Shown here: positions 1 through 14,703 of the stretch, one piece after another
Numbering within the stretch: position 1 is the stretch's first letter
Layout: every line of letters begins with the position of its first letter
Source: Schmidtea polychroa
Taxonomy: Eukaryota
DNA: 64,000 bases
Assembly: GCA_044892525.1 (NCBI GenBank)
Contig: CM097885.1
Coordinates: 8,558,001-8,622,000 of the forward strand
Reading direction: 5' to 3'
Position numbers and translations under genes: made by a program
Notes under the pieces: model-generated
Seen by the model: only the letters and a program-made list of their open reading frames with translations
Told to the model about the DNA's origin: nothing
Database searches by the model: none

Positions 1-102
1 TATTTACAAAATGTTCGTGGAACCCCCGCTATCAGTCACCGAACCCCTGCTATCAGTCCACGGAACCCTGGGGTTCCGTGGAACACACTTTGTGAAACGC
101 TG
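1..102. mobile_element. End of a hAT (Buster/Charlie-like) DNA transposon or MITE
   Basis: Terminus reads CAGCGTTTCACAAAGTGTGTTCCACGGAACCCC on the minus strand, with an internal palindrome (CACGGAACCC..GGGTTCCGTG). It is followed by ATCTAGTC, which fits the NNNTANNN 8-bp target preference. The other end is outside the window. Confidence 0.55.
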
Positions 103-677
103 ATCTAGTCTATTGTCTACTACTGAAATACCTGAGGATCCTTTACTCAATGATGTTGTAGCTCAACAATTCATACCTTCTAGAAATTATACCTATCCTG
201 AATCGAACTCCACCTCCATCTCATCTGATCATAATGATCGCACTACCTTACCTTCTGTTGTGTACTTATTATTAGTGGTTATTTATTAGTTCTTTATAAT
301 TATTTTGTGACTTGATGTATGGGATCATAAATGTCGCGATTCAATTATTATTAATTATTTATTAGTTCTTTATAACTATTTTCTGACTTGATGTAGAAGA
401 CAAATCTGTAATGCCCGACAGCGTCTCCAGTAAAAATATGTGGTGGGACAGTCTGGATGCCTGTTCTTTGACTTTCACCGACTAATCACATTTCCAAAAT
501 AGCTGTCCATGACTACCAAAGTCGGAAATAAATGATCAATATGCATTTATGGTAAGTAGACATCTCATTAACTGTTCTGATTAACTTCAAGTTCTTAAAC
601 TGCAGAAACAATAACCGGACTTTATTGTAAAATCGGAGATAAATGTCAATGGAGACTTTATGATGAGGATCTTACAA

Positions 678-950
678 TTTCTGGTAGCTCTGATAGCTCT
701 GATGGTAGCCCTGATTGCTCTGATATTTCTGGTAGCTCTGGTAGTTAGGATACTTCTGATTGCTCTGATAGTTCTGATAGCTCTGATGGTAGCCCTGATT
801 TCTCTGATAGCTCTGATAGCTCTGATAGTTCTGATAGTTCTAATTGCTCTGATATTTCTGGTAGCTCTGGTAGTTCTAATGGGTCTGATATTTCTAATTG
901 TTCTGATAGTTCTGATAATTATGATAGTTCTGGTTGTTCTGATTGCTATG
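678..950. repeat. Degenerate 9-bp tandem repeat (TCTGATAGC-like; Ser-Asp-Ser in one frame)
   Basis: About 30 variants of TCTGATAGC/TCTGGTAGC/TCTGATAGT. The SD-rich frame has an internal stop. Confidence 0.8.
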
Positions 951-3399
951 AAAGTGAAGTTATAAATGCTGATTCAGTAAATTTAACTAGATCTCAAATT
1001 AAAAATATTTTACATTGACTTTCCTGAAATTAAATATAATTTGATTAATTTAATTCATTATTTAAAATTAAATCAGAATTTTGAAAAGAAATTACTTTTA
1101 CTGGAGGTTAAATTATTATTGATAGCAAATCTGAGAAAGAAGAACCAGTTCAAAAAACGCTTCAGATATTATGTTAACTTTGGGATTATTTGATCTTTAT
1201 GAAATGAGTCAGGATGATAAGGAAATAGATCGGCTCTTATTCCTTCCAGCTTTGCCAAATAACACAGTTGAAATAATTTCTCATCTATACTATTTAAACC
1301 TGAAAAGTGCTGTAAAATATTCTACTAATATTACTTACAAAATTATGTTGTCAACTATTTCCGCAATGTTTTACTTTTTCATTCAATCATTGACCTGGGA
1401 ACTTGCAATTCTTTGAAAATCGATGATTTTGAAATTTGGTGTTCTGAACTAGTTGGTAAAATTCCTACAACTTCATATTTTATAATCAGTGGTCAGGAAA
1501 AACTGATGCTGACTGTCGGAATTGATAAATTAAAAACAAAATTTCTCAGGATAGAATAAGTAGAATAAATAATTTTGTACAATTAATTACTAAATCATTT
1601 CCAACCAAAGAAAACAAATTAAGTATTCTTTAATCAATTCAACGAATTCTGCTATGAAGAGGCCGACACTTACACAGTTAAAGCTAAGCGATTATTATAT
1701 TTTATCATTAGAGATAATAAGTAATTAGTAAGCTAACGTGTTAATAAATTCTGCCAATAGGATTTCTTATTGTTTTGAAGCTTAAAGGAAAGGAACAGTT
1801 TGGAAGATCATCCTATCTATTGTATTTAGATGTCTGCAGTAGTTATTAAGATTTGACGATCTGGCAATTAAGTATCATTCTCGGCTTCTACTAGGGCCTT
1901 GCCTATTCTATAACTCCATGATACACCTTATTCATGATTGCTGATGTGTTGATTATTAATATCTACGACTTTTGATGAAAACATATAAAATTATAACCAA
2001 AACAATGAATAAGATTTTAAGCTGCACTCGTTGCCCTTCCACCTGCCTACTCCTAGATAAAAATTCCATATAAAAGTAAAATATATCAATTATACTACTA
2101 AGGTTCAGAAATTCATTAAATGATACTATATAACCTATACATATCGAGAAATAATAAAATCCAAATCATGTTTACAAGATTTTAATAATATTACAAATAT
2201 TTACATATAATTCTAGGATAAATAAATTACTATAAACAAAAATTATAGCAATTACACCACTAAAATGCCATAAATTCGTTAAATATATTTAAATCATACT
2301 ATATAACATCGTCGTAACGAGAAAGATCAATTTTATAAAGTATATATTTTGATGGGCAACTTGCATTGATTAGACATCCAGATAGTCGGAATCTGGTTCT
2401 AGAACCTTGCATAGGCGTAATTCCATTGTGCTGTAACCATTTTCTATTGTCGCTTTAGTTTATTTTCCCGCTTCTTTAGAACTTCTGGCTATAAACTCAC
2501 TGCTTAAGCTTTATCATTGTCTAAGGCACTTGTTAATATGACGGTAATGGATTCCGTCTACGTGATAAATATCATGCTTCTGGTTGTTATTTATAGCCAT
2601 CGTAGTGACAGGTAGGCAGTCGTACTCTTTGGCTCTGGGTTTCCAAAGTCTACCTCTATCGTCTACCTCATTGGTTCGAATCCATTCTCGTCAACCGACA
2701 CAGGTTTCTTTATTATATTTTCCTTGGAGATTTTTAACATCTTTCGTGGACTACGGGTTCCAACTTCACCTGAATTACTTCTTGCAGTTCCTTGACCGGA
2801 GGTTAGAAGGCAACTTCCATGATCTCGTCGTCTGGCTCGTTAAATATTTTCTTTGGTCTAATCTTAATTTCTTCCTCATTTTTGGATGGTGCTTTCAATG
2901 GCTCTTCAGATCGTTTGGCAACCTTCTTCAATTTAAATTTGAATTTATCTCTTTTTGCCGGTAACATTTTCTTTAATATCTTTTTAACCTTGGTTTTAAT
3001 ATTTTTTTAGTTCTTAGTTTTCTTTGACTGTCGCAACTTTTGTCCCTTCCGTCGGCTGGTAGCCAGCGCTGGTAGGTGGTTTGGATGATTTCGCTGTTTC
3101 TGCTTCACTCACGCATGTTTTGTATTTATCTTCTTCATCTATCGATATTGTTGGAGGTGGTGGTAGATCTTCTGGTGACTTCCCTCTTCTCTTTGCCTGT
3201 GGTTGCTCTGATGTTGTTGGATGTTCGGGTAATCTGTTCCACTTTAGCCGCTGTAGTTGCCGGAATGAACTCCTTCTGAGGTACAGTAATATGATCTAAC
3301 CTTTATACTGTTGTAACCTTTTCGGCTTTGTGAATAGATGATCATCTGTGATGGCAGTATGCCAAATTTATTTACCACAACCCGCATTCCTCTAAACCG

Positions 3400-3830
3400 A
3401 TAAGCCAAAATTTGTCTCTACACACCATTGGTGGGCAAGAGAGACTGCCAATTCCTTGGCAATATAGTATTCATTTGAATTGTTCCTGAATGCTGACATG
3501 AGTTCAAACATAATTTTAAGCAAAGTTGAAACACTCATTAAGTCAATTTTATCAGCCTGGAGCAATATTTGATATAATATTCACACTTTGAAAAATATTT
3601 GTGAGCACAACCAGAAGATAAACAAATTCAATTATATCTTTTGTTTTCTCGATCAGATTTATATTTATCAATGCTCTCAATATATCTGCTATGCACTCTT
3701 CCCGGATGACAATCTTGTTAGGCACAGTGCCTTGAGTTTGATATTTGATTTAGTTGTAAACAATGACAGAATGTTCCAACGTTTGATACCTAACCAATAA
3801 ATCCGTATAACGTATAAATCCGCTGAATAA
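3400..3830 (-). pseudogene. Degenerate hAT (Tip100/ZMYM1-like) transposase fragment
   Basis: Manual translation of the minus strand gives IKRWNILSLFTTKSNIKLKALCLTRLSS (cf. the KRW...LKxLCxTRWSS motif) and LQADKIDLMSVSTLLK...AKELAVSLAHQWCVETNF, interrupted by frameshifts and stops. Confidence 0.6.
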
Positions 3831-6111
3831 CATCAAAGAATTGTGATAGTTCGTGTACTTGAGAAACTGCATCATTCGGAACCAAAATTAGTAGAAATTA
3901 TCTTTATTACTTCAATTTGCGCTGTTGGGCTTAAATATTTGGTTGGTTCCACCAGGTCGTTTAATAAGTTCTATCAACACTCGGTCAAGTATTTTATTAG
4001 GAAAAAAGGAGGAATCTAAAGGGAAATACATTTGGAAATACAACGTTGAAAAAAGTAACAGGTTGCAGTGCTTTTGTTTTATTACTGTTTACTAATATTT
4101 GAACATTTATAAAATCAATTTGAAGCGTGCACTTTTAAACATTTTAATGAGTTTTTAATTTAATTAATTTAAAACACCGTATAACAGGCATTTACCAAAT
4201 AAACAATTGACTTCATGTTACGCACAAAACAGGATGTACAGTAAGAACATATTCATAATATATTATGAAGAACAGCTAAACAACAATCGAATTTCGTTTG
4301 TAATGTCAATAATGTTAATTTCGTAACTAGAAATTTATTGCATCTCATCACGTCCTTCTGACTGACTGCCCGTGCTAAACTTGTCATAATTTTTGGATTT
4401 TTATGGTCGGTCGGGCCCCACAGCACGGCTATATCAGCTACCACAGTAGTTGCGCCACTCATTCCAGATTGATGTTAATGCCGCTGTCTCAAAATATCAT
4501 TCGTCTATATTCACGATCAATATCTAACTAACTCTCTTCTAGTCTAAACTCTTTCTTGGCATATATTTTCTGCGTCTCAGTGAACAATTCCTGGGTTTCA
4601 TAGTGTCATACGATTCTATCTCAACTCACTCTGAAATTCAAAACTAAATTTTAGTTTCATTTTTATATCATTAAAAAACAAAATTCGGAATTTTTGGTCA
4701 TGATATGAGTTCGTTTCGTAACCTAAATGTTTCACTTCTCTAAATGTCTATGACCTGCTCAAGTGAAAATTATTAATTTTTATGAATTCAAGAAGTAAAA
4801 TGTAAAAATTAAAGAATTTTGCATATCGATTTACCAAACATAAATATAAAATCCATAAATAACAGTATAACCTTACTGTTGTATGCGCATGAATGAATCT
4901 CGTTTTTTTTCAATTGATCTCTTAGATTCTGGTGGTTATTAATTATGGTTTGATGGATTGTTTACTTAACTTATAAATGACATTTGGGCACATTTCATCT
5001 CCTTCCGCTCCTAGACGTAGCCATTTTGTAGTCAAAATCTTTTTAAAAATTTGCATTTTCATATTAAAAAATATTTTCAATAACATTTAAATTTCAATAA
5101 CAATATTGATTTAAATAATTTTCTTAGATTTTAAAAAATATTAATTTTATTTTTTTACAAAGTTTGGAAATTAAGTTACAAATAAATTCGAAAAACACTG
5201 AAAAATTAACATTAAAAAACCAATATTTATAAAATATTTGTTTATCTATAAAAACATTTAAATATTGAAATTTCAAAAGTAAGAGGAAATAATTATTATT
5301 TATAATTATGATTTATGAATGTTGAAAAACTTTGAAATATTTTAATAATTGATTTATTTTCACAATTATTGAAACATTCGAGTCTGACAAAATATTTCGA
5401 TTTTTAACATTTTCACATATTAAGTTTATTGATTTATTTATTTTACTCTATTCTAACTTTTGGATCATTGAAATATCCTTATCCAATTGTGGATCATTCC
5501 CTTTATATTTATAACCATAACGAGATCATTAGATCAAAGGCTAAAACCCCACAATTCCTGAAATACATTAATAACCGGTTTAGCGTTACAGAGTAAAATT
5601 TTATTCAAATCTTTTTCTTTAAAAATTGAATGAAATTTTTTTGTTATTTTGTTAAAAGGTATTTGAATTAACAATATTGATTTTTTGTTAAATTTCTATT
5701 TTTGCTCTGATGATTTTGAATTTCTTTCTAATCTGTTCAAATAAATTCTAATTTTAGATAAAATTCTTTAAATTAATATTTTTAAATATTAATTTTTATA
5801 TTTTGACCTATTTTTAATTTTGATTTTCTGTTATTTAAATTTCCATCAAAATTTTACTTTTTGTTATCAAATTTTAATTTAAATAATTTTGTAAGATTTA
5901 AAATAAATAAAAAAACAATGAAAATTAACATTAATAAAATTTCGAATTACGCTAAAGCTAAAATACAATATTTATAAATTGTTTGTTTATCTACATTAAA
6001 ATACAAATTATAAATATTGAAATTGTAAACGTCAGAGGAAATAATTAATATAATAAGTATGATTTGTGAAAATTGTTGATAATGTTGAAAATTTTGTTAA
6101 TTTTAGATAAA

Positions 6112-7566
6112 ATGTTTTCAAGCATATGGGAAATGATGAAGAGAAATAAATTTGAATTTGATAATGAAATCAGCAATGAATTGATGTGCAGAATTTGCAA
6201 ATGTTTAATGATAAAATCTTGCCAAGCTCCTTGCGGGTGTCACTTTTGTTCTGATTGCATTGAGCATTATTTGGAAGGAAAAGATAAATTCTGTCCAGGA
6301 GCAGCAAAATATTGTGAAGTTCTAACGATTCTTTTCACTAAAGATGTTTCTGTGGATCATTCAGTGAATTTAAAAATATCTGAAGTTATTGTAAAATGTC
6401 CAATGCAAAATTGTGAATTCAAAACCGAGTTGTGCATGATGGAGAGCCACATGAGAACATGCAACAAGCAGCCAATCAGATGTCCATTCAATAGAATTGG
6501 ATGTGAAATGAATGAGGTGGTAAAGGACGAAATGAAAGCCCATCTCAATGAAAACAATGAAGGCCACAGCAAATTATTGATTGATCAGACAAGTAATTTA
6601 TGCAATGAGATGCAAGCAATGAGAGATCAGAATATGAAATTGCGTAACGAAATTATCGAATTGAAAGGAGAAATGACGCAATTCAAACAACAATTTGATA
6701 AAATCAATGTAAATTTTATTTGTAATTGATTTAATTGTTATTTGTGATTGTAGGTGAAATTGCGCAATATTGAAAGGAAAGAGGTGGAGAACAGAGCAGA
6801 AATAGAAGAATTGAATGAGGAAATGGTGGCAGTGAAGAATGAGAATCGCTCATTGAGAATGGAGATTGAGACAAATATTGGATCGATCAATCAAGTTTGA
6901 TTATTGATTTGATTTATTATTGAATTTTTATTGATGCAAAGCAGGTCAGACAGCAAATTGAGGTGATTGAATCAAAATGTCAACAGCGGCTGCAACGGGA
7001 GAATGAAAAGGTGATTTATTGTTTTTTTTGAAATATTTGAATTTGAAATTCAGTTGCAGCTTGAAATGGCGAATGATGGCGCCAATGAAAATCGGCCGAT
7101 AAAAAGAAAAATAGCAAATGAAAAATATATAAATTATGGATTTTTGGAATGGCAAATCGATGAATTTTCACAACAAAAGAGAATAGAATGGATTTTCAGC
7201 GAGGCATTTTATTCCGGGCCAATCGGTTACAAAATGTGCTTGTGGGTGAGCATTGGGAGTTTTTATGTTTGGGTTGGTTTCTGTGTGATGCGTGGGGCAA
7301 ATGATGAGCAATTGGATTGGCCGTTCAATCAATCGGTGACAATCGATGTGATCGATCCAGCAAATGGCAGCATTTATATGAGCAAGTCAATGAAATATTC
7401 AGATCGCCCTGATGATGACAGATGGAAGAAACCGTCAAAGGACAGAAATATTCCAATTTTGATTTATGATGATGATGATCGCTCATACTATCCTTATCCT
7501 GATGGCTCAATCTATGAATTAGCAGCCAAAAATGATAAATTGCTGCTCAGGTGCAGAATTGAATAA
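6112..7566 (+). CDS. TRAF-family protein (RING, TRAF zinc finger, coiled coil, MATH domain); exons 6112-6708, 6754-6894, 6945-7010, 7054-7566
   Basis: RING CRIC..CGCHFCSDC..CP, zinc finger CP..CEF..HMRTC..CPF..GC, and MATH motifs FSEAFYSGPIGYKMCL and MRGANDEQLDWPF. Three phase-0 GT-AG introns (45, 50, 43 nt) keep the frame open. Confidence 0.9.
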
Positions 7567-8958
7567 TTATGAGAAAATTATATATATAAGAAAAAATATA
7601 TATATTTGGCTTTACATATGTTTTTTGTAATTTATGTTTATTTTTATACTAATATTTATTTATTTTATATTCAATTTTTAATTAATATTTGTTTTTTTAA
7701 CAAAATACGAAATAAATGCAATTTAGGCAGCATTTATGTAGCAATAATAAAATATTTATTTTACACCATTTCCAAATTAGATCTGTTATAAGCGGAGAAT
7801 TTCTACGTGACATTCAATTGACTGTCACTCTTTAATTTTATATTTCTTTATGTTTGTTTATTTGTGAATTTTAGATAATTTTGTTTAAATGAGATCTGAA
7901 TAAAATTAATATTTGACTGTTTTGTGAGACCCCTTAAAGAATTTTGGTTTTTTTTGAACTAATTAATTTTTTTAGGTTTTTTTATAATTATTAATTAATA
8001 TTTTTCCGCTCAGGATTTTTATTATAAAAACATCTTCATTGGCATTGAACTATAAATCTCCTTTAAATTACAATAGTAAAAATAGCCTATTAAAACAATA
8101 AATTATCATAATTTAATCACAATGACTTACTCTAATGTAGAATCAATTTACAATAAAAAGACAAATTGTTTAATGCTTTATTATGATAACATTCAAGAGC
8201 TTCTATGAATAAAACTTAAAATTTGGAAAGATTTTGTCAAAGAAATAACGAAGTGCAAAATTGAGATATTTATTTTAAATTTCAAATAGAGTGATTTATT
8301 TTTAGAATAAAAATTTAATTATAACTGGTTTTATCATTACATTTTATTAATTATTTAGGGTTAATGACCAAATTATTTTATATGTTTTATGGGGAAATAT
8401 TCGTGATAATAGGAATTAAAGTTAGAATTTCAAGGGGATTTTAATCAATCTTATTAGTCTGAGGTAAATATATATCCTTTTATGGATATTTATCGATAAC
8501 ATACTAATCTTAAAAGACAGAGATATTTCAGGGAAATTTGATGCTTTTTAGATGATTGTATTAGAGAATTCGCTTGAATATACCAATTATTGTCATTTAA
8601 ATGAATTTACTGGTTTGTTAGATGTTATCTAGTCTCTTTTGGAATTTAATGATAATTATTTATATTCTAGATTACTGACTTTGATAATTGTAATGAATTT
8701 ATACTGATTTTTTGAAAATATACAGCAATCAGTCAATCAATTTGAGTACATGTATTACTTTTAAAAAATAATTAAAATTAATTAATTTTAATTTATTTAT
8801 TCAATCTAAATCAATTACCTACTATATCTTATTTATTAACTTAGTTGATTCGTATTAACTTGAATGATTAGTATTTTTTATTTACTATTCAGTATCTTAC
8901 AAATCTTGCAAGTACCTTAATGATTCAAATTTAATGTTCTTTCTTGTCCATTAATTAC

Positions 8959-9330
8959 AGTAGATAGATGGCGACCATCTGGATCAGGGGCCCTCTGGAT
9001 CACATACTTCCTCCCCCTTAATGGAAATTTTTAAAATTCTTTTCAAGGTCAAACTTTCTTTTATTTTAAAGTTCAATTTTTTTTAAATTTGAAATTCGAG
9101 AGTTCCCGACAAAAGATATTATTATTTGAAAATAAAGGTCTTTGAAACACAGGGATTATTATTATATATACTCCGAGTTTATCCGACAAGATATTCTGTC
9201 ACCCCTATCGGTATTGTTCACAAAGGTACTGGGTCACACTCAACAAGTCGCAAGGGTATTATTAAACAAATCAATAAAGCATACATTTATTTAAACAATA
9301 AAATAATTTAACAAAGGGTTATGTAAATAC
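8959..9330 (+). mobile_element. Polinton/Maverick terminal fragment (element A)
   Basis: Starts AGTAG. Homologous to the terminus at 44877 and shares the subterminal CGAGTTTATCCGACAA.ATATT motif seen (inverted) at ~30250-30290 and 40900-41240. No matching opposite end found. Confidence 0.6.
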
Positions 9331-10589
9331 AAAGTCATTTTATTATTATTATTACTATTTTTATTAATATTACTATTATTACTATTACTATTATTATTAT
9401 TATCATTATTATTATTATTATTATTATTGTTGATTATTGTAAATTAAAATAAAATTTAAATAAAATTTAGGCTAATAATTCAAATAGAAAGTAAACGAAG
9501 AAAAAAGACAAATAAAAGCGGGATCATGCACGGAATCAATAGTTAAGGAAAGTGTGATGGAAGCAGTATTAGAAAAGGCAAAAGCAATTACGAAAGGCAA
9601 GAATCCGGAAATCCGAGAAAAATCAATAAATGGTAAAATCATCGAAATTGAATGGGGAAAATGGGACAGGTATAGATTAGCTAATAGTCAACAAGATGAT
9701 GATTAAGGATTTATCAGAAAATGGTTAGGAAGGGTCGAAAAGCATTCAGTAGGTAGTTAGGAGCTTACGGCAGCAATAGGGGGGGGGGGTAAAAATGTTG
9801 CAAACTTTGGATTGCATAACTTTTTCCGTAGACATTTTTTGATTACATAATTGTTGCCACATGCTCCAATGATTTTTTTTCTGGGATTTTAAATACAAAA
9901 AATTTTTTTTTCAATAAACAAGCCAAGGATAAGTATTATTTGATTGGGTCTCCTTGATCCTGAGATTTTCAATAGAAAAAGGTAGTCTTCAATAAAAAAG
10001 CATGGATTTTTCAGACTATAGTGAGGGGATCTCCTTGGTCCTGAGAATTTCAATAGAAAAGGTGGTTTACATTAAAAACGCATAGTAAATTTTTAAAATA
10101 AAGCAAATTATGGGTCTAAAAATTGAATTACAGTAAAAAGGTTCAGATTTTTTTGAATTAAAGTAAATTATGGTCTAAATAAGTAAATTATGGGCTAAGA
10201 TTTTTGAATTAAAGTAATGAATGGGCTCAAATAACTAAATTAAGGTTCAAATTTTTAAATTAAAGTAAATAATGGTTCTAAAAAATTAAAATAAAGTAAA
10301 TTAAGGTCCTAAAAAATTAAAATAAAGTAATGAATGGGCACAAATAACTAAATTAAGGATCTAAAAAGTTAAATTAATTAAGTTAAAAAAATTAAGTTAA
10401 TTAAGGTCCAAATTTTAAAATTAAGTAATCAATGGTAAAAATTAAAGTTAAATAAGTAAATTAAAGTAAGATTTTTAAATTTATTAACAAAAAGTTGAAA
10501 TAATAGAAGGTGTTTGAGAATTGAAATTTTTTAATGAAAATTTTTAATGGAAATTTTTATGAAATATTTTTCATTGGTTATTTTTAATG

Positions 10590-10671
<82 letters not shown>

Positions 10672-10850
10672 ATATCAACCAAATACTATACAACACATAA
10701 AAAATTAACTAAACACATAAAAATAACTAAACACATAACAAAACATATAAACATTAACTAAACACATAAAAATGAATTAGACACATAAGAAACATAAAAA
10801 ATTACCAAACAAATAACAAATGCATAGATATAAACTTTTATTTAATAAAA

Positions 10851-13800
10851 TTAGTCCTCATCAGACAAAATAACGTCATCGATATCGATATCATCTTCTC
10901 CAAAATCTTCTCCAATATCTTCATTAAATTCTTCCTCATCTTCTCCAACATTTTCTCCAATATTTAATTCACTTAATCTTACATGCCCATATGCTAAACT
11001 AGTATTTTTCCCCACCCAAACCCTTTTGTCATCTGCGTTAGTGCTATTTTTGTGTTTTTAATTGTAAAAATTTGATGATTTTTGCTTGTTATATTAGTCT
11101 GAGGAACCGAAAAAATCTGGTTAGTGTTATAACAATCCAGGTATGACTGATGTTTTATGTCTCTACCTTTCAACGTTACACCTTTAGCCTTTTTTGTTTC
11201 CTCATCACCCAACAAGCTATAACATTTAGGTCTAAGAAAAACCCATTCCTTATATTTAAGACCTTTATTCTCGTCTTTGAACTTTCCAATGACAGAATCA
11301 AGGTTCTTACTATATAAGGAATGACAACTATTGTAATTGGAAGTATCTAATAAATTATCTCGAATCATTGCAGGTAAAAGAACCTCAAGTTTACAGTTAA
11401 TGACTTCGAGGAAAAAAGAATCTGTATCACCTGCAACGATATTAATTTTACAATTAAACTCATTGCGAAATGATTCCAGATCCTTATATTGCAATTCATA
11501 CATTCTTAGTTTAGATAGATCAAGTACAGATTGACCAATGTAACTTGGTCTATCTAAACATATAGAATCTGAATTCAATAATGCCGCGATTAAATTATCG
11601 TCTATTTTAATAGATTTTTTAAAAGTCGGCTTTGAAGAATATTTAACTAATTTACCGGCAGTTGTACAAACACGAAGATTCATTCTTCTCTTTAAATTTT
11701 CAACTGTTTTGCCGTATAAACTGTTATTTAACAATTTATAATAATTTTTATCTAAGTTATTTATGCTTTTTGACCTTAATTCTGTATTTGTATTTATATA
11801 TTTTTTAAAAATTGGAGATTGCTTAAATCTTACACCCCTATTTACACGTGTTACTTTAACACCAAGTTCCAAATATAATTTTAATAATCTCCAATGAATC
11901 ACATAATTAGATTTTGGAAGATGAGTTAATAATAATTTTTCAACCTTAGACCCAGCAGGTTTCATTTTTTCAGCAGCTACAGGGAAATCATTCAACTTAT
12001 CATGAAGCTCAGAAGGAATTACAAGATCAACTTCAAGAGTGTATCCATAAGACAAAGATTCAAGATTTAAATTCCTACATTCATCCATTATTAAATCAAA
12101 TCCATCAAGAACCCAACTAAATTCGCCACAAGGTAATGATTGACTTAAAGCCCAACCATAAAGATTATTAATATCTATATAAAGTAACTCGGTGTTCTCA
12201 TTGGTTTTTACGTAATGCTTATTCACAAAAGTAAGACCGCCTCTTATTCGACCCTCATAAAAGCTAAACATTTCGTTTTCAGTTATGAGCTCAATTGGTT
12301 CATTTAAAGACATTAATGCAGAAGACCAAGACATACCTGGAATTCCGAAATAATTCAATAGTTCCAATCTATTGTGAGCAATAGATTTCAACCGAAACTG
12401 ATGAAAGAAATCAGCCAAAAGAAAACAATCAAGTTTCAAGTAGATCATCATATAATCTAATAAAGTTACGCAATTAGTTTCTACCCAAATCTCCTGAGCT
12501 TTTTCATACTCAAGCTCAGTGACACCTTCCCAGATTGGTGGTAATTCATAAGTAGTTTGGAGAATATCTAAAGATGTAGCGAAATTATAAGGGAAGATTC
12601 CTTTTTCAGAAACTATAGTGCCAGAAAAAACAGAATTAGTAAAAGGCAAAGAATTCAAAGTTTTGACTGCTTTAGCTAAAGAATCATTGACAAATTGATA
12701 AGAATCAATGAATCTTAAGCTAATTTTGCCTAAATGAGCAATCAAAGAAATAAATTTTTCAGTCGTTATTGGGATGCAACCTAAAGTCCAATTTTTAAAT
12801 TTATTTAATCCATATTTAAGTATATGGTGCATATCGTATCCCTTCAAGTTGTGAAATACGATAAGCAAAATTTTTTTTATTTTCCTATTTATGTTACATG
12901 TGCTACAAGCTGCACCCAAGTATTTCCCCGTAAAATGATCGTGATCTCTAACAGGATCGACGATAGATTTCATACAAAGATAACAAACAGATGCACTAAC
13001 AAATTGACGTTGTTCAATTTTCGTTAATTTAATCATTGGTTTCCTACCCATTTTATAATAAAAAAGGAAGAACCTTATTTAATGCTATATCCTCTATAGC
13101 ACTTAAAAAACTCTCGACGCAATCTAAACCTATGAACTGTTGATATGATTTAGATCCGTCAAAGTTATTTACAAGTAAAAGACCAGCAGATATTGGCATG
13201 TGTCGTTGGAAATGAACATTATCAAAAGGTAAAATAGCCTCAAAATCGGCATAAACTACAAAAGGAGGAGTAACTGTTTTCAACCAGTGAGTAAACTGCA
13301 ATAATTTATTTTGAGGGAAAGTGTAAAGAGTTGTTCCTAATTGATTACGTTTACATAATATTTCATGTTTTTCCAGTGCGTGTTTATACCTAAACCCATT
13401 CAAACACCGATGGCACCATAATGATTGTATGCGTGTAGGATAAGTAGTGTTGATACCACAATTCAGTAACCTATTTAAATTACTTATAGCAACGTAATGG
13501 AAATTGTTTCCTTTATTCAATGGTAGTAAATTAATTACAGTTCCATTTAAAACTTTGGAACGATGTATAATGTCTAAATGTGGATGTTTTAATACATAAT
13601 TATCAGTTAATTGTTTGCTATTATCATATGAAAAAACATTAATTATTAAACCCGGATTTTTAGATTCAAATTTCTTAATGTCTTTTAATTTCATAGGTAA
13701 TTCTAACGGGTCGTATACTAAGTCAGATAAATTATAACTCGATGTCCTATTTCTAGCATAACTACTAACTTCATCATATTTTAAAATAGCTAAAATGCTA

Positions 13801-14703
13801 TATAAAAAACATGAATCATCAGTGTTTTTTATATTAATTAAACAATATTTATTTTTTAGATAAGTAGGTCTTTCAATGAAACTCCTACCACTTAATCTAC
13901 TTAACCTACTTATTTTTGTTATGGTGAAGTGGATTTCTGTTATATTTTTTATAATCCAACTACTTCCTAACTCGGTAATATTAATAATTTTCTCATTTAG
14001 TTCCTTAATGCCTTCATCAAAAAATGATGCAGTTAAAGGCTTTGCATAATTTGAGATATTATTAACCTTTATTTCCCCGTCTTTTTCAAATTCGATTGTT
14101 ATTCCGAATTGAATTTTGACGGAGTCTAATTCGTTAATAATATCTCGAAATTTTATAATTAATTGTTCAGGAAATATTATTTCCTTTATATTTAAGTCGC
14201 TAGTATTTAAACTTAATATTTGATGGGTACCCCTTAGATCTTTTAGTATTATGGGAACATTACCCCCTATTTGTATTATATTTAATCCATCCCAAGAATC
14301 AAAGGAAGTGAATAATCCATCATTGGATTCAACAACCAATCCGACCTGGGATTCAACAAAAGGCAATCCGACCTGGGATTCAACAACCAATCCATCATTG
14401 GATTCAACAAAAGGCAATCCAACCTGGGATTCAACAAAAGACAATCCGACCTGGGATTCAACAAAAGACAATCCGACCTGGGATTCAACAAAAGACAATC
14501 CATCCTGGGATTCAACCTCTAATCCGACCTGGGATTCAAAAGAAGAAGTATCTAATTTAATTTTTTTATTAGTAATATTTTTTTCTATAGTCAAAGGTCG
14601 TTTAAAAACAACATCTTTTTTAAAATTAAACATATCTAAATGATTTTTATGTTTATTATAAAAAACGCTATATGTTACAGGGTCACTAGTCTTACATACG
14701 GGA
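10851..14703 (-). pseudogene. Protein-primed family B DNA polymerase (pPolB), frameshifted, 5'-truncated at 14703
   Basis: Motifs YADFE (ExoI), HNLKGYD (ExoII), YIDINNLYG, KLLNNSLYGK, AGDTDS, and an endonuclease VII-like DHDH..G..C..CN insert. Frameshifts near 13060 and 11035. Confidence 0.92.
14310..14540 (-). repeat. Coding minisatellite of 24/27-bp units (FVESQVGLS), 9 units
   Basis: Directly visible. The inverted arm has 7 units at ~15440-15612. Confidence 0.9.

Noticed and set aside
660..965. 101-aa very hydrophobic ORF resembling a membrane protein
   Set aside because: It is a reading of the 9-bp tandem repeat; no independent coding evidence.
2300..3350. Higher-GC stretch that looks like decayed coding sequence (also 43620-44520, 45700-47400, 59000-60800)
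   Set aside because: Multiple stops and no motif I can recognise; a translated search would be needed.
11337..11534. Recurrent antisense ORF in pPolB copies (also 24112..24309, 34632..34832)
   Set aside because: Shadow of the conserved GDTDS region with non-ATG starts; recurrence follows from pPolB homology.
14310..14540. Regular short repeats as a CRISPR array (also 17323-17741)
   Set aside because: Tandem units have no unique spacers, there are no cas genes, and the context is eukaryotic.
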